From a virus (lineage: Duplodnaviria > Caudoviricetes), in IMG/VR virus record IMGVR_UViG_3300018933_000006, positions 1 through 53,806 of that record: a stretch of DNA of 53,806 bases; one strand, written 5' to 3'. Below, piece by piece: positions 19,474 to 28,204 of the stretch. The translations under genes and the position numbers were made by a program. Under the pieces are notes generated by a model. It worked only from the letters and a program-made list of their open reading frames with translations. It was not told the DNA's origin and did no database searches. How positions within the stretch are numbered: the first letter of the stretch is position 1; each line of letters opens with the position of its first letter.

Positions 19474-19983
19474 CTACGCGGAGGTGCCGACGATGCAGAT
19501 GTCGTACGTCACCGTGGACCCGCCGGCGCTGTTGGCGACCTTGAGGATGTCGCCGGTCGAGGCGGTCACGGCGTACGTCGTGGGGTCTGCCGCGCCCGCG
19601 ACCACGCCGAGTGCAGCGCCGGGCCGCAGTGTGATCGTTCCGGTGGCGTTGAGCAGCGTGGCCCAGGCGTTGCTGGTCGCGTTGCCGATGATCACGTTGT
19701 TCGTGTTCGCTGACGACGCGGCGATGAACAGGCCCTTGACCTTGGCGAATGTGATGCTCGCGCCGAAGGCATCGGTGAGCACACCGGCCAGGTCGAGGTC
19801 TTCCGACCCGGACGCGGCGATCGTGCGGCGGGCGGAGTAGACCTTGTCGGCCCTGCCCGCGCCCGTGCCGGAGGCCAGCGTCACCGACCGGGACAGGCCA
19901 GCCGGGACCCGGCCAGTGCCGAGACCCGACGCCTGGGACAGCTCGGCGAACGCAGCGACCGCGAGCGTGCTGGAGAGCGCCAT
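19474..19983 (-). CDS. Putative capsid decoration/structural protein
   Basis: A/T/G/S-rich beta protein near capsid gene. Confidence 0.65.
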   Translation of the reverse strand: MALSSTLAVAAFAELSQASGLGTGRVPAGLSRSVTLASGTGAGRADKVYSARRTIAASGSEDLDLAGVLTDAFGASITFAKVKGLFIAASSANTNNVIIGNATSNAWATLLNATGTITLRPGAALGVVAGAADPTTYAVTASTGDILKVANSAGGSTVTYDICIVGTSA

Positions 19984-19986
19984 GCT

Positions 19987-20361
19987 CTACGCCCCCTCGC
20001 CGTACTTCGCGATCAACATGTCCTTCGTCAGGCCCGGGATCTCCTGCCGCTCCTCGTCGGACACCGCCCGCTTCAGCGCGTACTCGATCCACGTGTCCTT
20101 CGAAGCGGAGCGGGCCGGCGGGTCGCCGGCCTCCTCCTGCTGTTCCTTGAACTCCTCCTCGACGGCCGCGCGCGGGCCCTCGGTGTCCGTGAGCGCGGTT
20201 CCCGGGGCGGTCTGCGGGCGCTTGAGGACGCTGTCCGGGGCGGTCGGCTCGGGCGTTTCGTCGCCTTCCAGCCGCTGCCAGTTGTCCAGTGCTTCCAGCC
20301 GCGCGTCTTCGGTCTCGCGTTCGACGACCTGGCCCGTGTTGTGGTTGTGGTAGCGGATCAT
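19987..20361 (-). CDS. Capsid-adjacent protein with C-terminal small helical domain
   Basis: PARSASKDTWIEYA...LTKDMLI; ATGA overlap with capsid gene. Confidence 0.75.
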   Translation of the reverse strand: MIRYHNHNTGQVVERETEDARLEALDNWQRLEGDETPEPTAPDSVLKRPQTAPGTALTDTEGPRAAVEEEFKEQQEEAGDPPARSASKDTWIEYALKRAVSDEERQEIPGLTKDMLIAKYGEGA

Positions 20362-21308
20362 GCGGCGTCAGCTCCCTTGATCAGCACGGCACGGTCGGGG
20401 TCGAGTGTCTTGGTGCCGTACAGGCAGTCGACGCTGACGACGGTCTGCTTGTACTTGATGTCGTAGTCGTATACGACGCGCAGGGCGAAGCCCTTGTAGT
20501 TCATGATCGTGGCGTCCTGCGCGCCGGGCGGGACCTCCAGCGTGCGGGTCACCAGCGCGAATGCCGTCTTGTGAAAGGCGACGTCGACCTCGGTGGTCGG
20601 CTGGCCGGTCGCGGGGGTCGCGGCGGGGCCAGCGATGTTCTGCGTCATGAACGGGTCGAACCCGCTGACCCTGGAACCGAACTGCGCCTCCGTCAGACCC
20701 ACGGTGGAGCCGCGGTGGTCGGCGTACCGCCACGCCTTCTCCGCCACCCAGCGGGCCTTCGTGCGCGGGCCGACCACGACGTACCGGTCCGCCTGCGGCA
20801 CGTTCTTCGTGTCGAGGATCGCGCCGGCCTCGATGAGGACGCGAGAGTCGGACCACGGGTACTCGCCGTCGGCGTAGTTGTGGTCCTCGCCGTCCGCGTT
20901 CTCGGTGACCGCGCCGACTTCCTGCGTGATGTCGTCGCGCAGGGCGAGGATGTCCCGGTCGATCTTCTGGGCCATGGCCTCCATCGCCGGGTCCAGGAGC
21001 TGCTCGCCGAAGTCGTTGATCTCCAGGGTGAGCTGCTCGGTCGTGACGGTGAAGCTGACGTCCGGCATGTGGTTCAGCACCACCGGGAAGCCGGACTCGG
21101 TCGCGTTCTGCGGCACGATGCCGGTCGCCCGGTTGAACTCGTTCGCCGTGAACACTGCGGGCTTACGCACGGTGATCGTGTCGCCCACGCGGCCCGCGAA
21201 GTCGGCCTCGTAGTCACGGTGCACGAGCTGCGCCATGTGCGTGGCCTCGTAGAGCGTGGCCAGGGCCCGGCGGGCGATGGTGTCGGGGGTGAGGAACGTG
21301 TTGGCCAT
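20358..21308 (-). CDS. Major capsid protein (P22 coat-like family)
   Basis: MANTFLTP, GDTITVRKP, AFHKTAFALVTR, DCLYGTKTL. Confidence 0.93.
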   Translation of the reverse strand: MANTFLTPDTIARRALATLYEATHMAQLVHRDYEADFAGRVGDTITVRKPAVFTANEFNRATGIVPQNATESGFPVVLNHMPDVSFTVTTEQLTLEINDFGEQLLDPAMEAMAQKIDRDILALRDDITQEVGAVTENADGEDHNYADGEYPWSDSRVLIEAGAILDTKNVPQADRYVVVGPRTKARWVAEKAWRYADHRGSTVGLTEAQFGSRVSGFDPFMTQNIAGPAATPATGQPTTEVDVAFHKTAFALVTRTLEVPPGAQDATIMNYKGFALRVVYDYDIKYKQTVVSVDCLYGTKTLDPDRAVLIKGADAA

Positions 21309-21325
21309 GGGGCCCTCTCTCTAGG

Positions 21326-22123
21326 TCACCCGGTGCGCGCCTTCCGGCGCGCCTCGCGGTGGGCTTCGATGGAGTCGTTGTCCTTGGGGCGTCCTCCGGT
21401 GCCTCCGGAGAAGTCGCCGCTTGTGCGCGCGGGCGCCTGGCTCGCGGCCTTGAGCTTGGGGTTGGCCTCGACGGCCTTCTTGATGGCGTCGGCGACCTTC
21501 TTCGCGAACCCCTCCTCCGAGGGGTCGAGGCCCTTGATGGAGTTCAGGAAGGTGCGGGAGTCGGTCAGGGCGTCGGGGTCGGCGCCGTGGCGGCCCGCGC
21601 TGCGGTACACGGCCAGCTCGATCGCGGTCTCGCGGTGCGCCGCGGTGGCGCGCTCGATCTCCGCGGTCAGCTTCGCCGGGTCCGGCGCCTCGTCCTTGTC
21701 GTCCTTGATCAGGCCGAGAGCGCGGCCCATCTGCTGGACGAGTTCGGCCTTGGCCTCCTCGGCGGCGTTCTTCTTCGCCGTGGTGCGGGCCTTCGCGGCA
21801 TCGGCGTTGGCCTGCTTCAGCTCCTTGCGGAGCCGCTCCAGCTCGGCGGCCGGGTCCTCGTTCCTCTTGGCGGGCGGCTTCGGCTTGGGCTTGTCGTCCG
21901 TCGCCGTACCGTCGCCAGAGGAGTCGTCGCCGGTCCCGCCGGCGCCGTCGTCCTCGGACTCGTCTGCCCCGTCGTCACCGTTGTCGCCGCTGTCGGATCC
22001 GGAGTCGTCTCCGTCCCCGCCGTCGGCGTACAGGTACGGGTCGAAAGGGCCCGTGGCGTAGGGGTGTGCCCAGCCGACGTCTTCGCCGTTCCGGCGCTGG
22101 CGGGCGAGGGTTCGCTTGTTCAT
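21326..22123 (-). CDS. Capsid scaffolding protein
   Basis: Acidic linker, coiled coil, DALTDSRTF; directly upstream of capsid; RBS AGGAG. Confidence 0.85.
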   Translation of the reverse strand: MNKRTLARQRRNGEDVGWAHPYATGPFDPYLYADGGDGDDSGSDSGDNGDDGADESEDDGAGGTGDDSSGDGTATDDKPKPKPPAKRNEDPAAELERLRKELKQANADAAKARTTAKKNAAEEAKAELVQQMGRALGLIKDDKDEAPDPAKLTAEIERATAAHRETAIELAVYRSAGRHGADPDALTDSRTFLNSIKGLDPSEEGFAKKVADAIKKAVEANPKLKAASQAPARTSGDFSGGTGGRPKDNDSIEAHREARRKARTG

Positions 22124-22281
22124 GCGTGCACTCCTGGTGCGCGTCGTGGTGGAGAGGCCCCGCGCCTGGCGGGGGTCATGCCATCCGGCCCGCACCGGGC
22201 GGGCGGAAGCTTCTGGCCCCGTGACCTGGGGCGAAAGGGAGCAGGGGGAACAACTGAGACGGGCGGGCTTACCGTGTGCTC

Positions 22282-22494
22282 ATGACTGATAACCAGAGCG
22301 AGTCTCAACTCGCAGACCAGGCCCGCGCCGCACTGCTCGATGCCATCACCAAGGCTGCGCAGAGCGGCCGAGGGGAGAACGCACGTCACCTCGCCGAGGC
22401 GTACGGCATCGTCACCAAGTCCGCACCCCGGAACGCGGAAACAGCCATAGGAACCGCCCAGTACGACGACAGGCGCCTGGAGGGGCGCCGGTAG
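22282..22494 (+). CDS. 70-aa antisense-oriented moron inside head operon
   Basis: Fills intergenic gap; TACCGT -10 box 6 nt before ATG (leaderless pattern). Confidence 0.7.
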   Translation: MTDNQSESQLADQARAALLDAITKAAQSGRGENARHLAEAYGIVTKSAPRNAETAIGTAQYDDRRLEGRR

Positions 22495-23598
22495 TCACCG
22501 GGCTGTCGTGAGCTGCTCGCGGTGCGACTTGCGCGGCAGGCCCGTCTCCGCGACCAGCTCACGCACCCGCCCCTGATACGCACGCACCCGTGCCCGCGCG
22601 GCCGTACGCGCGGCATCGGTCATCGCCGCAGCCTCCAGCCGCTTCCACTTCCGGATCTGCCGCTCCAGATACCGCTGCTGCTGCGACTGCTCATACGTCG
22701 CCCGCGCCGGATGAGGCTCCGGCCGCCTTGTCAGCCCTGGCAGGAAGGCGCTCACGGTGTGCCGGCAGTTCGGATGCTGCAGCCCAGCCGCCCGCGCCTC
22801 ATCCAGCGACCCAGCCACCTGCACCGTGACCAGACGGCCGTCGTCGGTCGCATGCTCCACCCGCACTTCACGCGCGCCCGGCGCCCCTGTACGCACCAAC
22901 ACCTTCCGCTCCCAGGGCTTGCACAGAGGGCACTCCTCCGGCGCCTGGGACACGATCACCAGATCCACCCCGGCCGCGCCGAGCCGCTCGGTGTGCGCCT
23001 GGATCGCGGCCCGGCCGACCGCGCTGCGGGTGGCCATCTCGATGTACGACCGCATGTCCCAAGATCGGCCGCGACTGTCGACGAACCCCTTGACGCCGCG
23101 GCCGGCGAACTCGTTGAGGGCAGTCTGCGCGGCCTGCCGCCGGGTCTGCGCTCCGAGCAGCGGCGCCGCCGCGGCCCGCCCGATCACGTCCCGGTACACG
23201 TCGACCGCCTGCCGCAGGATCCGCACGTACACCGGGCGGGTGTCCTCGATGAGGGCCTGCGCGAGCCGGTCCACCGCCTGCGTCCCGGGAGGGATCGCCG
23301 CGACGGTGGGGGCGAGCGCCCCCAGTTCGGCCACGGCAGCGTGCGCCCCTCGCTCGTAAGCGTCGGCGACGGCCCGCTGGATTGCGCCGGAGGCGTCGCC
23401 CTGAAGCGCGGCGATGATCTCCTCGATGGCCGTCTGGAGGTGGCCGACCGCGGTGAGCTTCATCTGCACCCACGCTGGGCTGTCGATGCCCTGGGCGAGC
23501 GCCTGACGGATCCGCTCGATGAGCGTGCCTTCGGCGGCCTCGTACAGGTCCGCCACCGCGGCGGCGAGGTCTTCGGCCATGGCCGGGGAGACGGGCAC
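22495..23598 (-). CDS. Phage minor capsid (MuF-like/min_cap2) protein
   Basis: FVDSRGRSW, ECPLCKPWE, GLQHPNCRH, QRYLERQIRKWKR. Confidence 0.9.
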   Translation of the reverse strand: MPVSPAMAEDLAAAVADLYEAAEGTLIERIRQALAQGIDSPAWVQMKLTAVGHLQTAIEEIIAALQGDASGAIQRAVADAYERGAHAAVAELGALAPTVAAIPPGTQAVDRLAQALIEDTRPVYVRILRQAVDVYRDVIGRAAAAPLLGAQTRRQAAQTALNEFAGRGVKGFVDSRGRSWDMRSYIEMATRSAVGRAAIQAHTERLGAAGVDLVIVSQAPEECPLCKPWERKVLVRTGAPGAREVRVEHATDDGRLVTVQVAGSLDEARAAGLQHPNCRHTVSAFLPGLTRRPEPHPARATYEQSQQQRYLERQIRKWKRLEAAAMTDAARTAARARVRAYQGRVRELVAETGLPRKSHREQLTTAR

Positions 23599-23612
23599 GG
23601 CCGATCACCCCC

Positions 23613-25127
23613 CTACGGCAGGTCTCCGAGCTGCATCGGGTCGGGCACCGCGGTGCCGGTCTCCTGCTGGATCCGCGCCACCTCGGCCTGCACCTGGTCC
23701 TCGTCCCACTCCGGGTGCGCCATCCGCACCAGGGTGTCCGTCGAAGCCGCCTGCGCCCGCCGCAGCACGTCAGCCGTGTTCGCCAGCGCCAGCGGGTCCT
23801 CCTGCACCGAGTCCTCGAACTCGACCGTGGGCCGCTGCGGCACGAGGGCGCCGCCGTAGACGTACTGGTCGACTGCGAGGAGCGCTTCCACCAGATGCGC
23901 GAGCGCCGGCCGCCAACGCAGAATCTTCCGGCCGCGGGTCGTCATCGAGCGGCGCTCGCGGGCGGTGACCTCCGTGGCGGTTACGGCGACGTCGCCTCCG
24001 ATGCCGAACGTCTGGCCGCTGTATCCGGCGGAGCGAAGGATCTGGTTGACAAGATCCTCTGCTGTTTCCTTGTGCTCCCGCACGCGGATCGCGAACTGGG
24101 CCACGGTCAGCTGGCTGCTGGCGTCGCCGCGAGCCAGCATCTCCAGCCCGGCGAACGCTTCCTGGTCCGGGTCCCACGACGCGCCGCGTCCTGGCCCGGC
24201 CGACTGAAGGTAGGCGTTCGGGACGATGATGCGGCCCTTGCCGAGGCGGATGTCCCGCATCCAGCTGGAGTAGGTCTCGTCGAGGGCGTCCATCAGCGGC
24301 TCGACGCCGTCCAGGTCGCTGCGGCCGAGGTCTTTCAGCTTCGGCTGGCTACGCCAGCGGCGGCTGCTCTGGTTGGGGATGTGGACGACGTCCAACTTGT
24401 TGTACCCGGTGGGGATGCTGCCGTCCTCGCCGACCAGGGCGGCAAAGCCTGCGGTCTCCTCGCTGTCCTCCAGCGGGACCGGCTGGCCGAGTTTCTCCGC
24501 GGTGCCCTGGTACAGACCGTGCAGGATCACCCCGGGTTCGTGTCGCTGAAGCCACCGCCAGACCTGTCCGTCCTGCTCGCGGACGACCTTCCAGAACGTG
24601 ACCGCGCTGAGCCTGCCCCAGGTGAACTCGGGGACAGCCCGGTCGGCGTGCTCCGCTGTGATCCACGACCGGTCCGCGATGTCCTTGTCGTACACCGGGC
24701 GGAGGTACACCCCGCCGAGCGCGGCGCCGACCTCGGCGGCGGTCTGGAGAGTGGCGAGCATGCCGTCGTCGGTGAGGTCATCGAGGCGGGCCTGGGTGGT
24801 GTCGTCGTCAACGGTGAACCGCGGCGGCTCGGAGAACAGGAGGTCGGCGGAGCCGCCGCACAGGTCGCCAGCGATGGGCACGTGCAATTTCGTGCGCCGC
24901 TCGCCGGGTGCGGTGGGGGTGCCCCACCACCAGCGGGCCAGCCTACCGACGACGCCACCGGCGAACTGGTAGCGCTTCGGGTCGGGGCCGATGCCCGTTC
25001 CGCCGCCGTAGAGGCGTTCGAGGCGGTCGATGTCGCCGCTCCACCAGGTGTCCCAGGTGTTCATCGCGTCGAGGGCGGGGCCAAGATGCGGCGGGGGCCA
25101 GGGAGCGTCACCTGCGGGCAGCGACAT
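23613..25127 (-). CDS. Portal protein (SPP1/A118-like)
   Basis: 504 aa after terminase; GRSDL, LDETYSSWMRDIRLGK, TATEV. Confidence 0.92.
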   Translation of the reverse strand: MSLPAGDAPWPPPHLGPALDAMNTWDTWWSGDIDRLERLYGGGTGIGPDPKRYQFAGGVVGRLARWWWGTPTAPGERRTKLHVPIAGDLCGGSADLLFSEPPRFTVDDDTTQARLDDLTDDGMLATLQTAAEVGAALGGVYLRPVYDKDIADRSWITAEHADRAVPEFTWGRLSAVTFWKVVREQDGQVWRWLQRHEPGVILHGLYQGTAEKLGQPVPLEDSEETAGFAALVGEDGSIPTGYNKLDVVHIPNQSSRRWRSQPKLKDLGRSDLDGVEPLMDALDETYSSWMRDIRLGKGRIIVPNAYLQSAGPGRGASWDPDQEAFAGLEMLARGDASSQLTVAQFAIRVREHKETAEDLVNQILRSAGYSGQTFGIGGDVAVTATEVTARERRSMTTRGRKILRWRPALAHLVEALLAVDQYVYGGALVPQRPTVEFEDSVQEDPLALANTADVLRRAQAASTDTLVRMAHPEWDEDQVQAEVARIQQETGTAVPDPMQLGDLP

Positions 25128-25300
25128 CAGACGCCCTCCCGTTCCATCAGCAGGTGCGCCAGTCCCAGCCAGGACGTGGCGAGTTCGTCGAGCCGCTCCA
25201 TTAGAGCGAGGTTCGTCTCCAGCTCGGCCGCGCGCAGCAGCCGTGCCGCGTTTTCAATCGCAGCGTCGGGGGTGATCCGCTCCTCGGGGCTGCTGGACAT
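25127..25300 (-). CDS. 57-aa helical protein between terminase and portal
   Basis: TGATG overlaps at both ends; RBS GGAGG. Confidence 0.7.
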   Translation of the reverse strand: MSSSPEERITPDAAIENAARLLRAAELETNLALMERLDELATSWLGLAHLLMEREGV

Positions 25301-26571
25301 CAGGCGGCCACCTCCAGTCGAGTCGGCAGGTACGGCCGCCACAGGGCCTCGGTCGTGCGCACCCCGTACCGCAGCGCGTCGCAGCTGTGGTCGTTCTCCT
25401 TGATCGGCCGGTCCTCGCCCCGCTCGGCCGCGCCGTCGTCCCAGCTGTAGCCCGGGAGTTCGTCGATCAGGCCCTGCGCGGACTCGTGCACCAGCAGGTC
25501 GCCGGTTGAGAAAAGACTGCTGACCGTGCGGATGCCGTCGAGGACCGAGTTGTCCGCCGCCGTCACACCGCTGACGCCGTCGCGGTGCAGCTGCTCGATG
25601 TACGACGACGCGGATGGGTCCACGATCGTCCATTCCGGCTGCACGCCCATCACGTTGGTCTGAGGCTGCGGCACTCGCGCGAGCCACTGACGGCGGGCAC
25701 GGGAGTACTCGGAGTCCGTCATCTGCCGACGCGCGGTGCGGGAGTCGTGCCGGTACTCCGAAACCACGTACAGGCGCCGGTCCGTGCCGACGCCGATCAG
25801 GACATCGGCGTACGGGTTGACGGTGCCGTAGTCGATCGAGTCGCACAGCCACCGCTCGATCTGCGGCAGCGTCCGAACGACGTGCCGGTGCGCGTCGAAC
25901 ATCTCGTAGATCGCGCCCTCGGACTGCACCCAGTGCCCGGCGATGAAGCGCCGGTACCACAGGCCGACGTACTCGGCCTTCAACGAGGCCACGTAGGCCG
26001 GGTCGAGGGCGGGGTTGTCGTCGAGGGTGAAGTGCCACTGGCGGAGGTCGAGGTCTCCCTGACGGTCGAGGAACTCCTTCTTCAACCAGTGGCCGGGGTT
26101 GTCCGGGTTGGTCGTGGCCATCAGCCGCGCACCAGGTACCGACAGGCGGCCCAAGAGCTGGTTCCAGAAGCCGCGCGGGATCAGCGTCGCCTCGTCCACG
26201 TAGGCGAGGCAGGCGGTCAGGCCGCGGAGGCGGCCCTCGGCACGGGAGTCTGCTGCGCCGATCAGGTGGATCGTGCGACCGAGGACGGTCGCGGTGGTGG
26301 CGCCCCGGGTGTGCTGCACCAGCCGGGCTACCGGTCCGAACAGCGTCTCGTCTTGCAGTGGGTCGAGGACGTTGCGCTCGATGGTCTGGAGGGATCGGCC
26401 GACGATGACGATCAGTCCGGACGCCGGCGCGGCGGCGACCGCGATGAGGAAGGCGATCAGCGAGGAGATCGTCTTGCCCGACCGGATCGCCCCGTGCCAC
26501 ACGTTGATGCGGGCCGTGGCGTCGGCGATCGAGCGGATCTGCTTGCGGGACAGGGGCAGCGAGTCGAGCAT
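25300..26571 (-). CDS. Terminase large subunit (PBSX-like)
   Basis: GAIRSGKT Walker A, YVDE Walker B, TTNP, DYG, NDHSCDALRY. Confidence 0.97.
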   Translation of the reverse strand: MLDSLPLSRKQIRSIADATARINVWHGAIRSGKTISSLIAFLIAVAAAPASGLIVIVGRSLQTIERNVLDPLQDETLFGPVARLVQHTRGATTATVLGRTIHLIGAADSRAEGRLRGLTACLAYVDEATLIPRGFWNQLLGRLSVPGARLMATTNPDNPGHWLKKEFLDRQGDLDLRQWHFTLDDNPALDPAYVASLKAEYVGLWYRRFIAGHWVQSEGAIYEMFDAHRHVVRTLPQIERWLCDSIDYGTVNPYADVLIGVGTDRRLYVVSEYRHDSRTARRQMTDSEYSRARRQWLARVPQPQTNVMGVQPEWTIVDPSASSYIEQLHRDGVSGVTAADNSVLDGIRTVSSLFSTGDLLVHESAQGLIDELPGYSWDDGAAERGEDRPIKENDHSCDALRYGVRTTEALWRPYLPTRLEVAA

Positions 26572-27113
26572 CAGCCCTCCTCGCGATCGTCCTCCCCAGT
26601 GTCCAGACCGGCCAGCCTGTTCAGGCCCTCGGCGAGGGAGCCCAGCATCGAGCGGGCGGCCTCCACTCCGGGGTCGCCGTCGAGCTGTTCGAGCTTGACG
26701 GCCTGGTTGAGGTACTGGGTGATGGCGCCGGCGAGTGCCTTCTCCTCCTGGCCCGGCACGTGGTCGAGGTGCTCGGTCTCGATGCCGTTGACGGTGCTGG
26801 CCGTGAACTGGAAGCCGCCGTGCTCGGCGGCGTCGAGGCGGTCAAGCAGCTTCTCGACTCGCGCGTATGCCCGGTCGACGATGGCTGCGCGGCGCGCTTT
26901 GGCGTCGGTCTTGCGGGCCTCGGTGGCGACCGCGGTGGCCGTACGGTCGAAGGTGAGGTCCATCTCGGCGGCGTACACGCTGATCGTGCGGGGTGAGCGC
27001 TGCATGAGGGTGGCGATCTCGTTGCGGCCCTTGCCTTCGGCGTGCAGCCGTCGCAGTGTCTCGCGTTCCTCGTCGCTGAACTCGCCGCCCTTGCTGGTCT
27101 TGGGCGCGACCAC
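26571..27113 (-). CDS. Terminase small subunit (HTH)
   Basis: N-terminal HTH (GKGRNEIATLMQRSPRTIS); coupled to large subunit; RBS GAGGAGG. Confidence 0.8.
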   Translation of the reverse strand: MVAPKTSKGGEFSDEERETLRRLHAEGKGRNEIATLMQRSPRTISVYAAEMDLTFDRTATAVATEARKTDAKARRAAIVDRAYARVEKLLDRLDAAEHGGFQFTASTVNGIETEHLDHVPGQEEKALAGAITQYLNQAVKLEQLDGDPGVEAARSMLGSLAEGLNRLAGLDTGEDDREEG

Positions 27114-27137
27114 GTGCACCTCCTCGGGGCATGCGAA

Positions 27138-27168
27138 GGCCCGGCCACCGTGTGGGAATGGCCGGGCC
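27138..27168 (-). terminator. Hairpin after lipoprotein gene
   Basis: GGCCCGGCCA/TGGCCGGGCC 10-bp stem. Confidence 0.55.
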
Positions 27169-27182
27169 GAGTCAGCGGGACA

Positions 27183-27578
27183 TCAGACCTCGCAGAACTT
27201 GAGGCCCTTCAGCGCCTCGTTGATCTGCTTGCCCTGCGCCTCGGTCGTCGTGACGTCCTCGAACGTGAACCGCTGCGAGGCGAAGTAGTCGAGGTTCTGG
27301 GCGCCGCCGTTGATCGCCATGCACTGGTTGCGGGCGGCGTCGATCGCCTTGTCCTCGTGCTTCCCGAGGTCCGGGTTGGCGGCGCGTAGCGCCCGGAGCA
27401 GCTCCTCGCGGTCGGCGCCGGTGGGCTCGGGCGGGAGGCCGGCGGCCTTCGCCGGGTCATCCTGCTGGCTGGCCGAGGCGGAGGCGCTGGGCTTGGTGTC
27501 GTCACTGCTGTCGTTGCTGGAGCAGGCGGCGAGTGTGAGCGCGGTGATGGCGACGGCTATGACGGTGCGGAGTCGCAT
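27183..27578 (-). CDS. Lipoprotein moron (DUF732-like)
   Basis: Signal peptide with lipobox LAAC, Ser-rich linker, two further Cys. Confidence 0.85.
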   Translation of the reverse strand: MRLRTVIAVAITALTLAACSSNDSSDDTKPSASASASQQDDPAKAAGLPPEPTGADREELLRALRAANPDLGKHEDKAIDAARNQCMAINGGAQNLDYFASQRFTFEDVTTTEAQGKQINEALKGLKFCEV

Positions 27579-27731
27579 GGTCCCCCCCTGGAGCGGTGTG
27601 GATGAGGGGGCATCATGCCGTACCCGGTGTGATCGTTTCCGGGCATGCCAGATCTGCGGCTCAGTGTGAGGCATGATCGCGCGGAACGCAACTACGGCCG
27701 TAGTGCTGATTGCCTCAGATGGAACGCACGA

Positions 27732-27765
27732 GGCCCCGCCGTCCACGGGGGGAGACGGCGGGGCC
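27732..27765 (-). terminator. Hairpin ending the membrane module, loop UCCCCCCGUG
   Basis: 12-bp perfect stem; loop identical to that at 1975-1984. Confidence 0.75.
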
Positions 27766-27813
27766 GGTTGTCGGGCGCTACTCGACGCGAGCCACCAGTG
27801 TGGCAGGACGGCG

Positions 27814-27984
27814 TCAGGTCAGCTCATCGACGTCGGCCACACCGTTCTGCTCGCGCATCGCCCGATCGGACTGGATGGTGAACCGCCGGCGCTGCTCCGG
27901 CGTCCACGCGGCCGGGTTCTTGGGCAGCCCGGCGACCGTGTCCCGCAGCTGCTCGGTCTCGCTCTTGCGGTTGAAGAGGGCCAT
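27814..27984 (-). CDS. 56-aa protein MALFNRKSETEQL... (below ORF-track cutoff)
   Basis: RBS AGGAG; GC-rich third positions. Confidence 0.7.
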   Translation of the reverse strand: MALFNRKSETEQLRDTVAGLPKNPAAWTPEQRRRFTIQSDRAMREQNGVADVDELT

Positions 27985-28117
27985 GATGGCGGTCTCCTGT
28001 CTCGTGATCGGGATGGGAACCGGGGCGGCCGGTAGCTGGCAGGCGCAGGCCGCCCCGGTGTTCAGCGAGTGGGCTACTTGCCGTCGCTCTTGGTCATCTC
28101 GGCGAGGTTCTCCTTGG

Positions 28118-28204
28118 GGTAGACCGGCGGTAGATTCGCCGGTAGATCGGGGTAGATCGGCCGGTAGACGTGCAGGTCAGGCGGCGGTAGACGGCGCGGT
28201 AGAC
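28118..28204. repeat. Array of 7 GGTAGAY direct repeats (clt-like)
   Basis: Copies at 28118, 28129, 28141, 28151, 28163, 28186, 28198. Confidence 0.9.

Noticed and set aside
20289-27288. Long plus-strand ORFs (20289-22061, 22522-23859, 23715-25403, 25585-27288)
   Set aside because: Antisense shadows of clear head/packaging genes, expected in high-GC DNA; no motifs
28118-28204. GGTAGAY array as a CRISPR array
   Set aside because: Repeats are 7 bp with 3-16 bp gaps; no spacer-length units and no cas genes
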